From an uncultured Ignavibacteriales bacterium (GTDB lineage: Bacteria > Zixibacteria > MSB-5A5 > GN15 > FEB-12), in NCBI GenBank assembly GCA_964464605.1, contig CAYXJN010000006.1, positions 211,981 through 275,980 of the forward strand: a stretch of DNA of 64,000 bases, in the 5' to 3' direction. Shown here one piece after another: positions 54,235 to 62,765 of this stretch. Under the pieces are notes generated by a model that saw only the letters and a program-made list of their open reading frames with translations, made no database searches and was not told the DNA's origin. The first letter of the stretch is position 1; each line of letters opens with the position of its first letter. Made by a program: the position numbers and the translations under genes.

Positions 54235-55146
54235 ATGTCCAGTGCCACCACAACGCAGATCGATACCGGTACGCTGAATATCGACAACCGTGTCAAAACT
54301 GTAGTCTCAAATATTCGCAATCTCCCCACCCCGCCGATTGTTTTCCAGCAGATTCAGAAAGTTATTAATGATCCGACCGTATCGGCCGGACAGATTGCTT
54401 CTATTTTGTCTGAAGATCCGGCGATGTCGGCGAAGGTATTGAAGCTGACTAATTCCGCGTTTTACGGATTGTCCCGCGAAATCGAATCGGTCAAGCAGGC
54501 GGTGTTGATTGTCGGTATCGAAGCGATTAAAAATTTAGTGCTTTCTGCCTCGGTGCTGGAAATGTTCAAAGGAAATATCGATCAGGATTATCAGAATTCC
54601 TTCTGGCGCCATTCTCTGGCTACGGCGTTTTGCAGCCGGATGCTCGTGAAAAAATTGAAGAGCCAGCGGATGATCGAATCGGATCCCGCGTTCTCCGCAG
54701 GATTGCTGCATGACGTAGGCAAAATGATTCTTTCCTGCTTCCTCCCGAAAGAATACGCAGAATTCAAAAAGATGCGCACTGAAGACAGAATGCACACCGA
54801 CTACGAACTCGAACTGCAGTTGTTCGGTTACACCCACGCGCAAATCGGCGGTTGCTTGGCCGCGCAGTGGAAACTGCCGAGCAAATTAGCGGAAGCTATC
54901 ATTCAGCACCATACCCCGGAACAGGTCGGTGAAAGCAACCCGCTTCCGTATTTCGTGAATATGGCCGACTATCTTTCCAAGATTACCTTCTATCACAAAG
55001 ATGATCTCTATCTGGCCGGACAGCTTTCGCCCGAAGTGATGAGCTACCTCGGTGTTGAAGCCAACGAAATCGAAGGCCTGTGCGAGATGTTGAAGGAAGA
55101 GTACGTCCACGCGGAAACCTTCCTCCAAATGGCCGGTATTCGCTAA
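54235..55146 (+). CDS. HDOD-domain signalling protein
   Basis: LPTPPIVFQQIQKVINDP...ILSEDPAMSAKVLKLTNSAFYG...AGLLHDVGKMIL is the HDOD pattern. Confidence 0.85.
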   Translation: MSSATTTQIDTGTLNIDNRVKTVVSNIRNLPTPPIVFQQIQKVINDPTVSAGQIASILSEDPAMSAKVLKLTNSAFYGLSREIESVKQAVLIVGIEAIKNLVLSASVLEMFKGNIDQDYQNSFWRHSLATAFCSRMLVKKLKSQRMIESDPAFSAGLLHDVGKMILSCFLPKEYAEFKKMRTEDRMHTDYELELQLFGYTHAQIGGCLAAQWKLPSKLAEAIIQHHTPEQVGESNPLPYFVNMADYLSKITFYHKDDLYLAGQLSPEVMSYLGVEANEIEGLCEMLKEEYVHAETFLQMAGIR

Positions 55147-55217
55147 CTCACCCGAATTTTTCCCTCAAATATATGTCCGGCAATCGGTTTTACCCGGTTT
55201 GCCGGACCAAATACCCC

Positions 55218-55246
55218 TTGACAGCGTTCATTTTGAGCGGTATCAA
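55218..55246 (+). promoter_or_regulatory. sigma70-like promoter (TTGACA-N17-TATCAA) upstream of tRNA-Val
   Basis: ttgaca at 55218-55223, a 17-nt spacer, and tatcaa at 55241-55246. It lies about 45 nt upstream of the tRNA. Confidence 0.45.
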
Positions 55247-55289
55247 TATCAGCTACCCTTTTGAATGGTAAAGGGTAACAGGTGACTTT

Positions 55290-55366
55290 GGGCGGTTAGC
55301 TCAGATGGTTAGAGTACTTGCTTGACATGCAAGGGGTCACTGGTTCGATTCCAGTACCGCCCACCA
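55290..55366 (+). tRNA. tRNA-Val (anticodon GAC), CCA encoded
   Basis: Hand-folded cloverleaf: acceptor GGGCGGT/ACCGCCC, D-arm GCTC..GAGT, anticodon stem CTTGC/GCAAG with loop TTGACAT, T-arm ACTGG-TTCGATT-CCAGT, and 3' ACCA. Confidence 0.92.
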
Positions 55367-55438
55367 TTTACCAAAGAGACTGTTGATACCAGGCCGCCTA
55401 TTATATGTGTCCTGTTGTTGTCACTACTGAAATAGACA

Positions 55439-57382
55439 ATGTTGCAATTGCAGATAACAATGCCCGATGGGTCCGCCCGCAGTTATCCCGAAGGGGTAAC
55501 CGGACGGCAGATCGCCGAATCAATCTCACCGCGTTTGGCCAAGGAAGCAGTAGCTATCAAGGTCGACGGTGTGGTGCGCGATTTATTCTCGCCGATCTCC
55601 CAAAATTCAAGCGTCAACATCCTGACCTTCGATCAGCCGGAAGGGAAAGAAGTCTTCTGGCATTCCAGTTCCCATATAATGGCGGAAGCTGTTCTGCAAG
55701 TATTCCCCAAAGTCAAACTCGCTATCGGCCCGCCGATTGATGACGGCTGGTATTACGATTTCGAAGTCGAAAAACCATTCTCGCCGGAAGATTTGCTAAA
55801 GATCGAAGAGAAGATGGCGCAAATCGTCGCCGCTGATGCACCCTTCAGCTGCAAAGTCTGGAATCGTTTGGAAGCGATCGAGCATTTCAAAAAACAGGGT
55901 GCGCGCTATAAGGTTGAAATTTTAGAAGGTATCAAGGATGACACCGTCACCTTCTACACTCAGCATAAATTCGAAGATCTCTGCCGTGGTCCGCATATTC
56001 CTGCAACAGGTGTCGTTAAAGCAATCAAGCTGACTTCCACGTCCGGTGCCTATTGGCGTGGGGATGAAAAACAGCCGATGCTCCAGCGTATCTACGGCAT
56101 CTCCTTTCCGAAAAAAGCGCAGTTGGATGAATACCTGCAGCGCTTGGAAGAGGCGAAAAAGCGGGATCACCGTATGCTCGGCAAACAGCTTGAACTGTTT
56201 GCTGTCAGTGAAGAAGTCGGCGCCGGATTGATTCTCTGGCTGCCGCGTGGCTCACGCGTCCGTTTGGAAATCGAAAACTTCTGGCGGGATGAACATCTCA
56301 AGCATGGCTATGAATTAGTCTATTCACCGCACGTTGCTAATCGTGTGCTCTGGAACAAAAGCGGCCACACCGATTTTTATTCCGAAGGGATGTTCGCGCC
56401 GATGGACGTGGATGAACGTCAGTATCAGCTCAAGCCGATGAACTGTCCGTTCCATATTATGATGTACAAATCCCGGCTCTGGTCATACCGTGATTTACCG
56501 AAGCGCTGGGCTGAGTTGGGAACGGTCTATCGGTATGAACGCCCTGGTGTGTTGCACGGGCTGATGCGTGTCCGTGGATTTACCCAGGATGACGCTCATC
56601 ATTTTGTCGCCCAAGAGGACATGGAGCAGGAGATAGCCTGGATTTTGGATTTCTGCGTCCACATTTTGAAGTCCTTTAATTTTACTGACTATAATGTCAA
56701 TCTCTCGACCCGCCCGGAAAAGGCGATCGGAGATTTGGCCGACTGGGCACGTGCGGAAGGGGCTCTCAAAGCCGCCCTCCAAAAAGCCGGTATCCCGTTT
56801 GGGGTAGATGAAGGGGGCGGGGCATTTTACGGCCCGAAAATCGACCTCCAGATTAAGGACGCCCTCGGCCGGGCCTGGCAGTGCTCGACGATCCAGTTCG
56901 ATTTCTCATTGCCGGAACGGTTTGATTTACATTATATTGCGGCCGACGGGAAACAAAAACGTCCGTTCATGATCCATCGGGCATTATTGGGGTCATTGGA
57001 ACGCTTCTTTGGCGTGCTGGTTGAGCATTACGCCGGAAATTTCCCGCTATGGCTTGCGCCCGTGCAGGTCAAGGTGATGACTATCAGCGAAGCGGCTGTA
57101 CCGTTCGCTAAATCTGTCGTTGAACAATTGGTAGCCCGGAAGCTGCGGGCTGAACTGGATGACCGCTCCGAAAAAATCGGCTCGAAAATTCGTGATGCCG
57201 AAATGCTCAAGATACCGTACATGCTCGTTATCGGCGCGAAAGAGGCCGAGTCGGGAAATGTGTCGGTACGTCGCCATTTAACCGGGGACTTGGGTTCACG
57301 TCCGGTTGCCGATGTGGTTAGTATGTTAGAACAGGAAAGTGCGAATAAAGTAAACTATCATGAAGCCGCGAAGGTGGCTTAG
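55439..57382 (+). CDS. thrS: threonyl-tRNA synthetase
   Basis: It has an N-terminal TGS domain and an editing domain (HSSSHIMA). Class II core motifs include FRDEH-like WRDEHLKHGY and RVRGFTQDDAH, with an anticodon-binding C-terminus. Confidence 0.95.
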   Translation: MLQLQITMPDGSARSYPEGVTGRQIAESISPRLAKEAVAIKVDGVVRDLFSPISQNSSVNILTFDQPEGKEVFWHSSSHIMAEAVLQVFPKVKLAIGPPIDDGWYYDFEVEKPFSPEDLLKIEEKMAQIVAADAPFSCKVWNRLEAIEHFKKQGARYKVEILEGIKDDTVTFYTQHKFEDLCRGPHIPATGVVKAIKLTSTSGAYWRGDEKQPMLQRIYGISFPKKAQLDEYLQRLEEAKKRDHRMLGKQLELFAVSEEVGAGLILWLPRGSRVRLEIENFWRDEHLKHGYELVYSPHVANRVLWNKSGHTDFYSEGMFAPMDVDERQYQLKPMNCPFHIMMYKSRLWSYRDLPKRWAELGTVYRYERPGVLHGLMRVRGFTQDDAHHFVAQEDMEQEIAWILDFCVHILKSFNFTDYNVNLSTRPEKAIGDLADWARAEGALKAALQKAGIPFGVDEGGGAFYGPKIDLQIKDALGRAWQCSTIQFDFSLPERFDLHYIAADGKQKRPFMIHRALLGSLERFFGVLVEHYAGNFPLWLAPVQVKVMTISEAAVPFAKSVVEQLVARKLRAELDDRSEKIGSKIRDAEMLKIPYMLVIGAKEAESGNVSVRRHLTGDLGSRPVADVVSMLEQESANKVNYHEAAKVA

Positions 57383-57391
57383 GAGGATGGC

Positions 57392-58015
57392 ATAAGCAGC
57401 AAAGATCTACGAGTAAATAACCAAATCCGAATTTCACCGGTCAGGTTGATTGGGCCGGAAGGAGAGCAATTCGGAATCGTGCCCACCAATGAAGCTTTGT
57501 CCAAGGCGCGCGAGTTTGGACTCGATTTGGTTGAAGTTGCACCGACGGTTCGTCCGCCGGTTTGCCGAATTCTCGATTTTGGGAAATTCAAGTACGAGGA
57601 AGCGAAGAAAGATAAGATAGCGAAGAAAAAACAGCATGTCTTTCAGTTGAAAGAGATGCGCTATCGTCCGAAGATCGACGACCATGACTTTGAATTTAAA
57701 ACCAAACATGTCCGTGAATTCCTGTTGGAAGGAAGCAAGGTAAAAGTGTTTGTGATGTTCCGTGGACGCGAACTCGCCTACACGGAATTTGGTGAAAAAG
57801 TGCTCGACCGCGTACGGGAACTTCTCAACGATGTCGCGATCGTCGAACAGTCGGCAAAACTCGACGGCCGAAATATGATTATGGTTCTGGCGCCGACGGC
57901 GGAAGTGTTGCGTAAATTGAAAGACCACAAACCGGTCAAGCCCGAAGCGAAACCGGAACCGAAAGCAGCCAAAGCCCCGGCAGCCGCTGCCAGTGAAGAG
58001 ACAAAAACGAAGTAG
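57392..58015 (+). CDS. infC: translation initiation factor IF-3 (probable non-canonical ATA start)
   Basis: The conserved IF-3 N-terminus ([26 protein letters not shown]) extends in frame upstream of the ORF-track TTG, back to ATA 57392. That codon lies 5 nt after AGGAGG and 9 nt after the thrS stop codon. Confidence 0.8.
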   Translation: MSSKDLRVNNQIRISPVRLIGPEGEQFGIVPTNEALSKAREFGLDLVEVAPTVRPPVCRILDFGKFKYEEAKKDKIAKKKQHVFQLKEMRYRPKIDDHDFEFKTKHVREFLLEGSKVKVFVMFRGRELAYTEFGEKVLDRVRELLNDVAIVEQSAKLDGRNMIMVLAPTAEVLRKLKDHKPVKPEAKPEPKAAKAPAAAASEETKTK

Positions 58016-58028
58016 GATAGAGGAACTC

Positions 58029-58226
58029 ATGCCGAAGATCAAAACGAACAAGTCCGCAGCAAAACGGTTTAAAATAACCGGCAGCGGAAAGATCAAGCGT
58101 CGTCGCGCCAACAAACGACATATTTTAGTCGGTAAAGGGCCGGGTCGCCGTCGCCGTCTTCGCTCCTCCGCATTGATTAACAAGGCGGATCACAAGCGAA
58201 TTAAAAAGTTGTTACCCAACGGATAA
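58029..58226 (+). CDS. rpmI: 50S ribosomal protein L35
   Basis: [31 protein letters not shown]. Confidence 0.95.
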   Translation: MPKIKTNKSAAKRFKITGSGKIKRRRANKRHILVGKGPGRRRRLRSSALINKADHKRIKKLLPNG

Positions 58227-58250
58227 TTACGAAAACAGGAGATATGACTC

Positions 58251-58601
58251 ATGCCTCGCGCAAAAAATAACGTCGCCGCACACCAACGCCACAAGAAGGT
58301 GCTTGAACGCGCCAAGGGTGGTTACGGCGGACGCAGCAAACTCTACCGCACCGCGCTCGAAACTATTCGCCGCGGCTATCGGTACGCCTATCGTGACCGT
58401 CGCGTCCGTAAGCGTGAATTCCGCTCGTTGTGGATTGCCCGTATTTCTGCGGCGGCCAAACTGTGCGGCACGAATTACTCAACGCTCATTCACGGACTTG
58501 AAAAAGCCGGTATTCAGTTGAATCGCAAGATTCTTGCTGATATCGCTGCCCGTGATATGGCTACTTTCACTGCGCTGACTCAGAAAGCGCTCGGCAAATA
58601 A
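58251..58601 (+). CDS. rplT: 50S ribosomal protein L20
   Basis: MPRAKNNVAAHQRHKKVLERAKGGYGGRSKLYRTA... Confidence 0.95.
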   Translation: MPRAKNNVAAHQRHKKVLERAKGGYGGRSKLYRTALETIRRGYRYAYRDRRVRKREFRSLWIARISAAAKLCGTNYSTLIHGLEKAGIQLNRKILADIAARDMATFTALTQKALGK

Positions 58602-58619
58602 CGCATTGCTGAGCGACTG

Positions 58620-59633
58620 ATGTCTCTTCACAACGACATCCAAAGTATTGAACAAGAAGCGCTCAGGCGAATCGAATCTGCAGATTCGCCTGAGTCGCTC
58701 AATCAACTCCGTATTGATTTCCTCGGCAAAAAAGGTTCAGTCACCGCTTTATTAAAAGGGCTGGGTGAACTTTCTATCGAAGAGCGCAAAGCAGTCGGTG
58801 CTGCAGCCAATACCTGCCGCGCAAATATCGAAGCGGCGCTTGAAACTGCATCCGCAAAATTTACTGTTACCAAAGAAGCATCGAGTTTCGATCCAACCCT
58901 TCCTGGTACTGCCCAGCGGGTCGGTGTCGCGCATATCGTCAATCAGACTATTACCGAAATCTCGCAGATATTTCATGGCATGGGTTTCGAAATCGCCAAA
59001 GGGCCGGATGTCGAAACCGATTATTATAACTTCGAAGCGCTTAACTTTCCGCCGGATCACCCAGCGCGGGATATGCAGGATACGATTTTTCTCGAAGGCG
59101 GCTTGCTTTTGCGTACCCACACCACACCGGTGCAATCGCGCGAACTGGTAAAACGAAAGCCGCCATTTAAGATTATCACGCCTGGCAAATGTTTTCGTAA
59201 CGAAGCGATTTCCACCCGTTCTCATGTCGCCTTCCATCAGGTCGATGGTTTCTACGTCGATGAGGGCGTTACTATGGCCGATCTCAAAGGCGTCTTGCAG
59301 GCATTCTGCGATGCTTTCTTCGGTGAAGGCTTAAAACTACGTTTCCGTCCATCTTATTTTCCATTCACAGAACCGTCGGCGGAAGTCGATATCTCCTGTT
59401 TCTTGTGTATGGGGAAAGGCTGCCAGGTCTGCAAACATTCCGGCTGGCTCGAGATTCTGGGCTGCGGCATGATCGACCCGAATGTGCTGACTATCGCCGG
59501 CTACGATGCGGAAAAATACACCGGCTATGCTTTCGGAATGGGTGTCGAACGCCCGGCGATGCTCAAATACAAAATCAACGATATCCGTCATTTCTTCAAC
59601 AATGATATCCGCTTTCTCAAGCAGTTCGCGTAA
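58620..59633 (+). CDS. pheS: phenylalanyl-tRNA synthetase alpha subunit
   Basis: HPARDMQDTIF...LLRTHTTPVQ...FRPSYFPFTEPSAEVD...GMGVERPAML. Confidence 0.95.
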   Translation: MSLHNDIQSIEQEALRRIESADSPESLNQLRIDFLGKKGSVTALLKGLGELSIEERKAVGAAANTCRANIEAALETASAKFTVTKEASSFDPTLPGTAQRVGVAHIVNQTITEISQIFHGMGFEIAKGPDVETDYYNFEALNFPPDHPARDMQDTIFLEGGLLLRTHTTPVQSRELVKRKPPFKIITPGKCFRNEAISTRSHVAFHQVDGFYVDEGVTMADLKGVLQAFCDAFFGEGLKLRFRPSYFPFTEPSAEVDISCFLCMGKGCQVCKHSGWLEILGCGMIDPNVLTIAGYDAEKYTGYAFGMGVERPAMLKYKINDIRHFFNNDIRFLKQFA

Positions 59634-59635
59634 TC

Positions 59636-62020
59636 ATGAAAGTATCCTACAACTGGCTGTGTGAATTAACCGGCGTCGATTGGTCACCGGAACTGATGGG
59701 GGAAAAGCTCACCGCATGCGGTGTCGCCTGTGAAGATATCGAATCGACGGCGAAATACCTGCGCAATGTTATTGTCGGTGAAGTCAAAAGCCTCGAAGCC
59801 GTTCCCAATGCTACCAAAATTCGCAAAGCGACGGTTGATACCGGCGCGGGTGTACTTACCGTTATTTGCGGCGCACCCAATGTAGCCGTCGGGCAGAAAA
59901 TTGCCTTCGCGCAAATCGGCGCTGAGATGGCAAACGGCATGAAAATCGAAAAAGCGACCATCCGCGGTGTTGAATCGTACGGGATGATCTGTTCTGAGTC
60001 TGAACTCGGCATTTCCAACGATCATGGCGGAATTCTGGTACTTGATCCGTCTGCCGTTATCGGTACACCGCTGGCAAAGCATCTGGAATATGATGATTAC
60101 ATCATGACGTTCGAACTGACGCCGAACCGTCCTGACCTGCTTTCCGCTATCGGTATCGCTCGTGAAATTTCTGTGTTAGCCTACAGCATTCTGAAACGCC
60201 CGGATGCCCCGGTTACTGAATCCGGTGAGGCTGCCGCTAAACAAGTTTCTGTTATTCTTGAAGACCCGCTCGGCTGCCCGCGCTATGGAGCGCGAATAAT
60301 AAAAAACGTCAAAGTTGCACCATCTCCGTGGTGGCTGCGTAAACGCCTTTTGACCTGCGGCGTTCGTCCCATTTCAAACGTGGTCGATATTACCAACTTC
60401 GTTATGCTCGAATCCGGTCAGCCATTACATGCATTTGACTATGATAAATTCGGCTCCAACCGCGTTGTTGTCCGCAAAGCGCAGGATAAAGAAAATTTCA
60501 CGACCTTAGATGGCAAAGCCCATGAGTTGACTGCCGATGTGCTTCTCATCACCAACGGCAAAGAGCCGGTTGCGCTTGGCGGCGTGATGGGTGGCCAAAA
60601 CTCCGAAGTCAGCGACAGCACCACGACAATATTATTGGAAGCGGCTTATTTCGATCCGCGGGTCATTCGCAAAAGCCGCAAAGCAGTGGATAAAGTTACT
60701 GATGCTTCCCAGCGCTTCGAAAAAGGTGCCGACCCGAACGGTGTTATCTATGCATTAAACCGTGCTTCGCAATTATTGCATGAACTCTGCGGCGGGGAAG
60801 TAGCACAGGGGATAGTCGATGAATACCCCGCGCCGATAAAACAAAAAACGATTTCTTTCCGCCCCTCACGATGCACATCTGTTCTCGGTGTCGAAGTGCC
60901 GACTAAACGAATGCAGACAATCCTTGAATCATTAGGCTGTAATACGACTGATGGGAATACGATGTCCGTCACCGTTCCGACCTGGCGTCCGGATTTGGAA
61001 CGGGAGATAGATTTAGTTGAAGAAGTTATCCGTATCGAAGGATTCGACGCGCTCCCGTGTGCTATCAATAACAAAGGGCCTCTCTATACACCGATTCATT
61101 TCGATGACCGTTTCAAAACCGAGTTAAAACAGATTGTCTTAGCCTGCGGATTCGATGAAACGATCTGGCATGGTATTGTAGACAGCCGATTAAATGAACT
61201 GACCAATCCGGGCGCGCCCTTAGTGCGGATTGCCAATCCGGTCTCGTCCGATTTGGATGTGCTACGCAATCTGATGCTCCCGGCGATGCTTACTATCATT
61301 AAGCATAACCAGTCGCACCGGAATCTTGATCTGACGCTTTTCGAAGTCGGTTCGGTCTTTCATCCAACCGGAAAAGGACAGGAGCCAAAACAAGAAGAAA
61401 AATTATTGTTAGCCGTTACCGGTAACACACCGCAAACCTGGCGGGACAAGCCACGTCTGTTAGATTTCTACGATGTTTCAGGTGTTATCACGCGCCTCGC
61501 CTCCCATTTCAAATGGACAATGGTTGAATACAAACCAAAGTCTGCACCCTGGTTGGATGATGATCTTGCCTTTGAAGTTTTCATCAACGGCGTCTCTGCC
61601 GGTATGGCCGGACAGCTTGCAAATGCGGTTGCCAAGAAGATGGACTTCGATGCACCGGTCTTTTGCGCTGAACTTGATATAGCAGTGCTTCTCAATCAAA
61701 GTCAGTCCCGACGCATCTTCCAGCAACTGCCGATTTATCCGGCCGCCCCGCGTGATTTGGCCATGATTGTCGCCTCCTCGGTCAAAGCAGGTGACCTGTT
61801 GGCTGCCATAAAAGAGACCGCCGGAGAGCTTGCAGAATCCGCCGGGATATTCGATATTTATACCGGCAAGCAGATCGAGAAAGGGAAGAAGTCAGTCGCG
61901 ATTTCTGTTACCTACCGTTCCGCTGCCGGATCACTTTCGGGTGATAAGGTCGATGCCGCACAGAAGAAAGTAATCGATATGTTGCAGCAAAAGTTTGCTG
62001 CCGTTATTCGGGATAAATAG
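59636..62020 (+). CDS. pheT: phenylalanyl-tRNA synthetase beta subunit
   Basis: MKVSYNWL...; a tRNA-binding OB domain; B3/4 and B5 domains; and a C-terminal FDX-ACB domain (SVAISVTYRS). Confidence 0.95.
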   Translation: MKVSYNWLCELTGVDWSPELMGEKLTACGVACEDIESTAKYLRNVIVGEVKSLEAVPNATKIRKATVDTGAGVLTVICGAPNVAVGQKIAFAQIGAEMANGMKIEKATIRGVESYGMICSESELGISNDHGGILVLDPSAVIGTPLAKHLEYDDYIMTFELTPNRPDLLSAIGIAREISVLAYSILKRPDAPVTESGEAAAKQVSVILEDPLGCPRYGARIIKNVKVAPSPWWLRKRLLTCGVRPISNVVDITNFVMLESGQPLHAFDYDKFGSNRVVVRKAQDKENFTTLDGKAHELTADVLLITNGKEPVALGGVMGGQNSEVSDSTTTILLEAAYFDPRVIRKSRKAVDKVTDASQRFEKGADPNGVIYALNRASQLLHELCGGEVAQGIVDEYPAPIKQKTISFRPSRCTSVLGVEVPTKRMQTILESLGCNTTDGNTMSVTVPTWRPDLEREIDLVEEVIRIEGFDALPCAINNKGPLYTPIHFDDRFKTELKQIVLACGFDETIWHGIVDSRLNELTNPGAPLVRIANPVSSDLDVLRNLMLPAMLTIIKHNQSHRNLDLTLFEVGSVFHPTGKGQEPKQEEKLLLAVTGNTPQTWRDKPRLLDFYDVSGVITRLASHFKWTMVEYKPKSAPWLDDDLAFEVFINGVSAGMAGQLANAVAKKMDFDAPVFCAELDIAVLLNQSQSRRIFQQLPIYPAAPRDLAMIVASSVKAGDLLAAIKETAGELAESAGIFDIYTGKQIEKGKKSVAISVTYRSAAGSLSGDKVDAAQKKVIDMLQQKFAAVIRDK

Positions 62021-62021
62021 T

Positions 62022-62276
62022 ATGAAAGCAAAACTTCAGGAACTGGCCCAGCAGGTAGACACCGCCTGCAAAACGATCGATCGTCTGGCCTCAGAAAACC
62101 AGAAACTGAAAACTGAAGTTGGCGAGCTTCGCCAAAAGCTGACCAAAGTCAGTAAAGAATACGATGCTATCCGTCTGAACTCATCGGATAAGTCCGATGC
62201 CATCAAAGACAAACTCCACGGTATCTTAGAACGACTCAATCAGTTGGAAGAGCTCTCTCCCCAAGTTTTTTCTTGA
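62022..62276 (+). CDS. ZapB-like coiled-coil protein (putative cell-division factor)
   Basis: An 84-aa heptad-rich protein (KLQELAQQVDTACKTIDRLASENQKLKTEVGELRQKL) directly upstream of zapA. I prefer ATG 62022. Confidence 0.5.
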   Translation: MKAKLQELAQQVDTACKTIDRLASENQKLKTEVGELRQKLTKVSKEYDAIRLNSSDKSDAIKDKLHGILERLNQLEELSPQVFS

Positions 62277-62301
62277 CACTCTCCCGTCCGAGCGGTACTC
62301 T
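62273..62301 (+). promoter_or_regulatory. sigma70-like promoter (TTGACA-N17-TACTCT) upstream of zapA
   Basis: ttgaca at 62273-62278 overlaps the upstream stop codon. A 17-nt spacer is followed by tactct. Confidence 0.3.
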
Positions 62302-62377
62302 TTAACCTATTGATAGTTAGCGGGATGCAATACGTGCCGCGATACTGCACGCTTCCTTAGGGGAGTAATCAACGAGT

Positions 62378-62680
62378 ATGAGTGAAAAAACTGTTGTGGT
62401 CAAAATCTTTGGAGAGAACTACCCGATTACCGGGGGAGGTACATCCGATGAAGTTGCCACCGTTGCCGCATATGTTGATTCGAAGATGAATCAAGTAGCC
62501 GAGGTTTCCCGGGTGAAATCGCGCGAGAAAATTGCTATTCTCGCGGCGCTCTCGATCGCATCCGAATTATCCGATGAAAAACTGTCGACGCACGGGGTAT
62601 CGAAAGACTTCGAAAACCGGGTCGATCAGATGCTGGCGCGTTTGAAGCAGTCACTCTCCGCTGTTGCAGTATCCCGATAA
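62378..62680 (+). CDS. zapA: cell division protein ZapA
   Basis: VVVKIFGENYPITGGG...AAYVDSKMNQV...KIAILAALSIASEL is the ZapA pattern. Confidence 0.85.
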   Translation: MSEKTVVVKIFGENYPITGGGTSDEVATVAAYVDSKMNQVAEVSRVKSREKIAILAALSIASELSDEKLSTHGVSKDFENRVDQMLARLKQSLSAVAVSR

Positions 62681-62712
62681 TACGCCCTTGGCGTATTTCC
62701 TTTGTTTTCCCG
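62679..62712 (+). terminator. hairpin plus T-rich tract after zapA (terminator or attenuator)
   Basis: aatacgcc / ggcgtatt forms an 8-bp stem with loop ctt, followed by tcctttgtttt. Confidence 0.45.
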
Positions 62713-62765
62713 TTTGTACATACACCGCATCTGACGTCTGATGTTTCATCAGACCGGAGGAACGC

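Noticed and set aside
62681-62765. A 6S RNA (ssrS) downstream of zapA, as in the enterobacterial zapA-ssrS synteny.
   Set aside because: The spacer is only about 85 nt, too short for a roughly 180-nt 6S RNA. It contains just two small hairpins before the rny SD.
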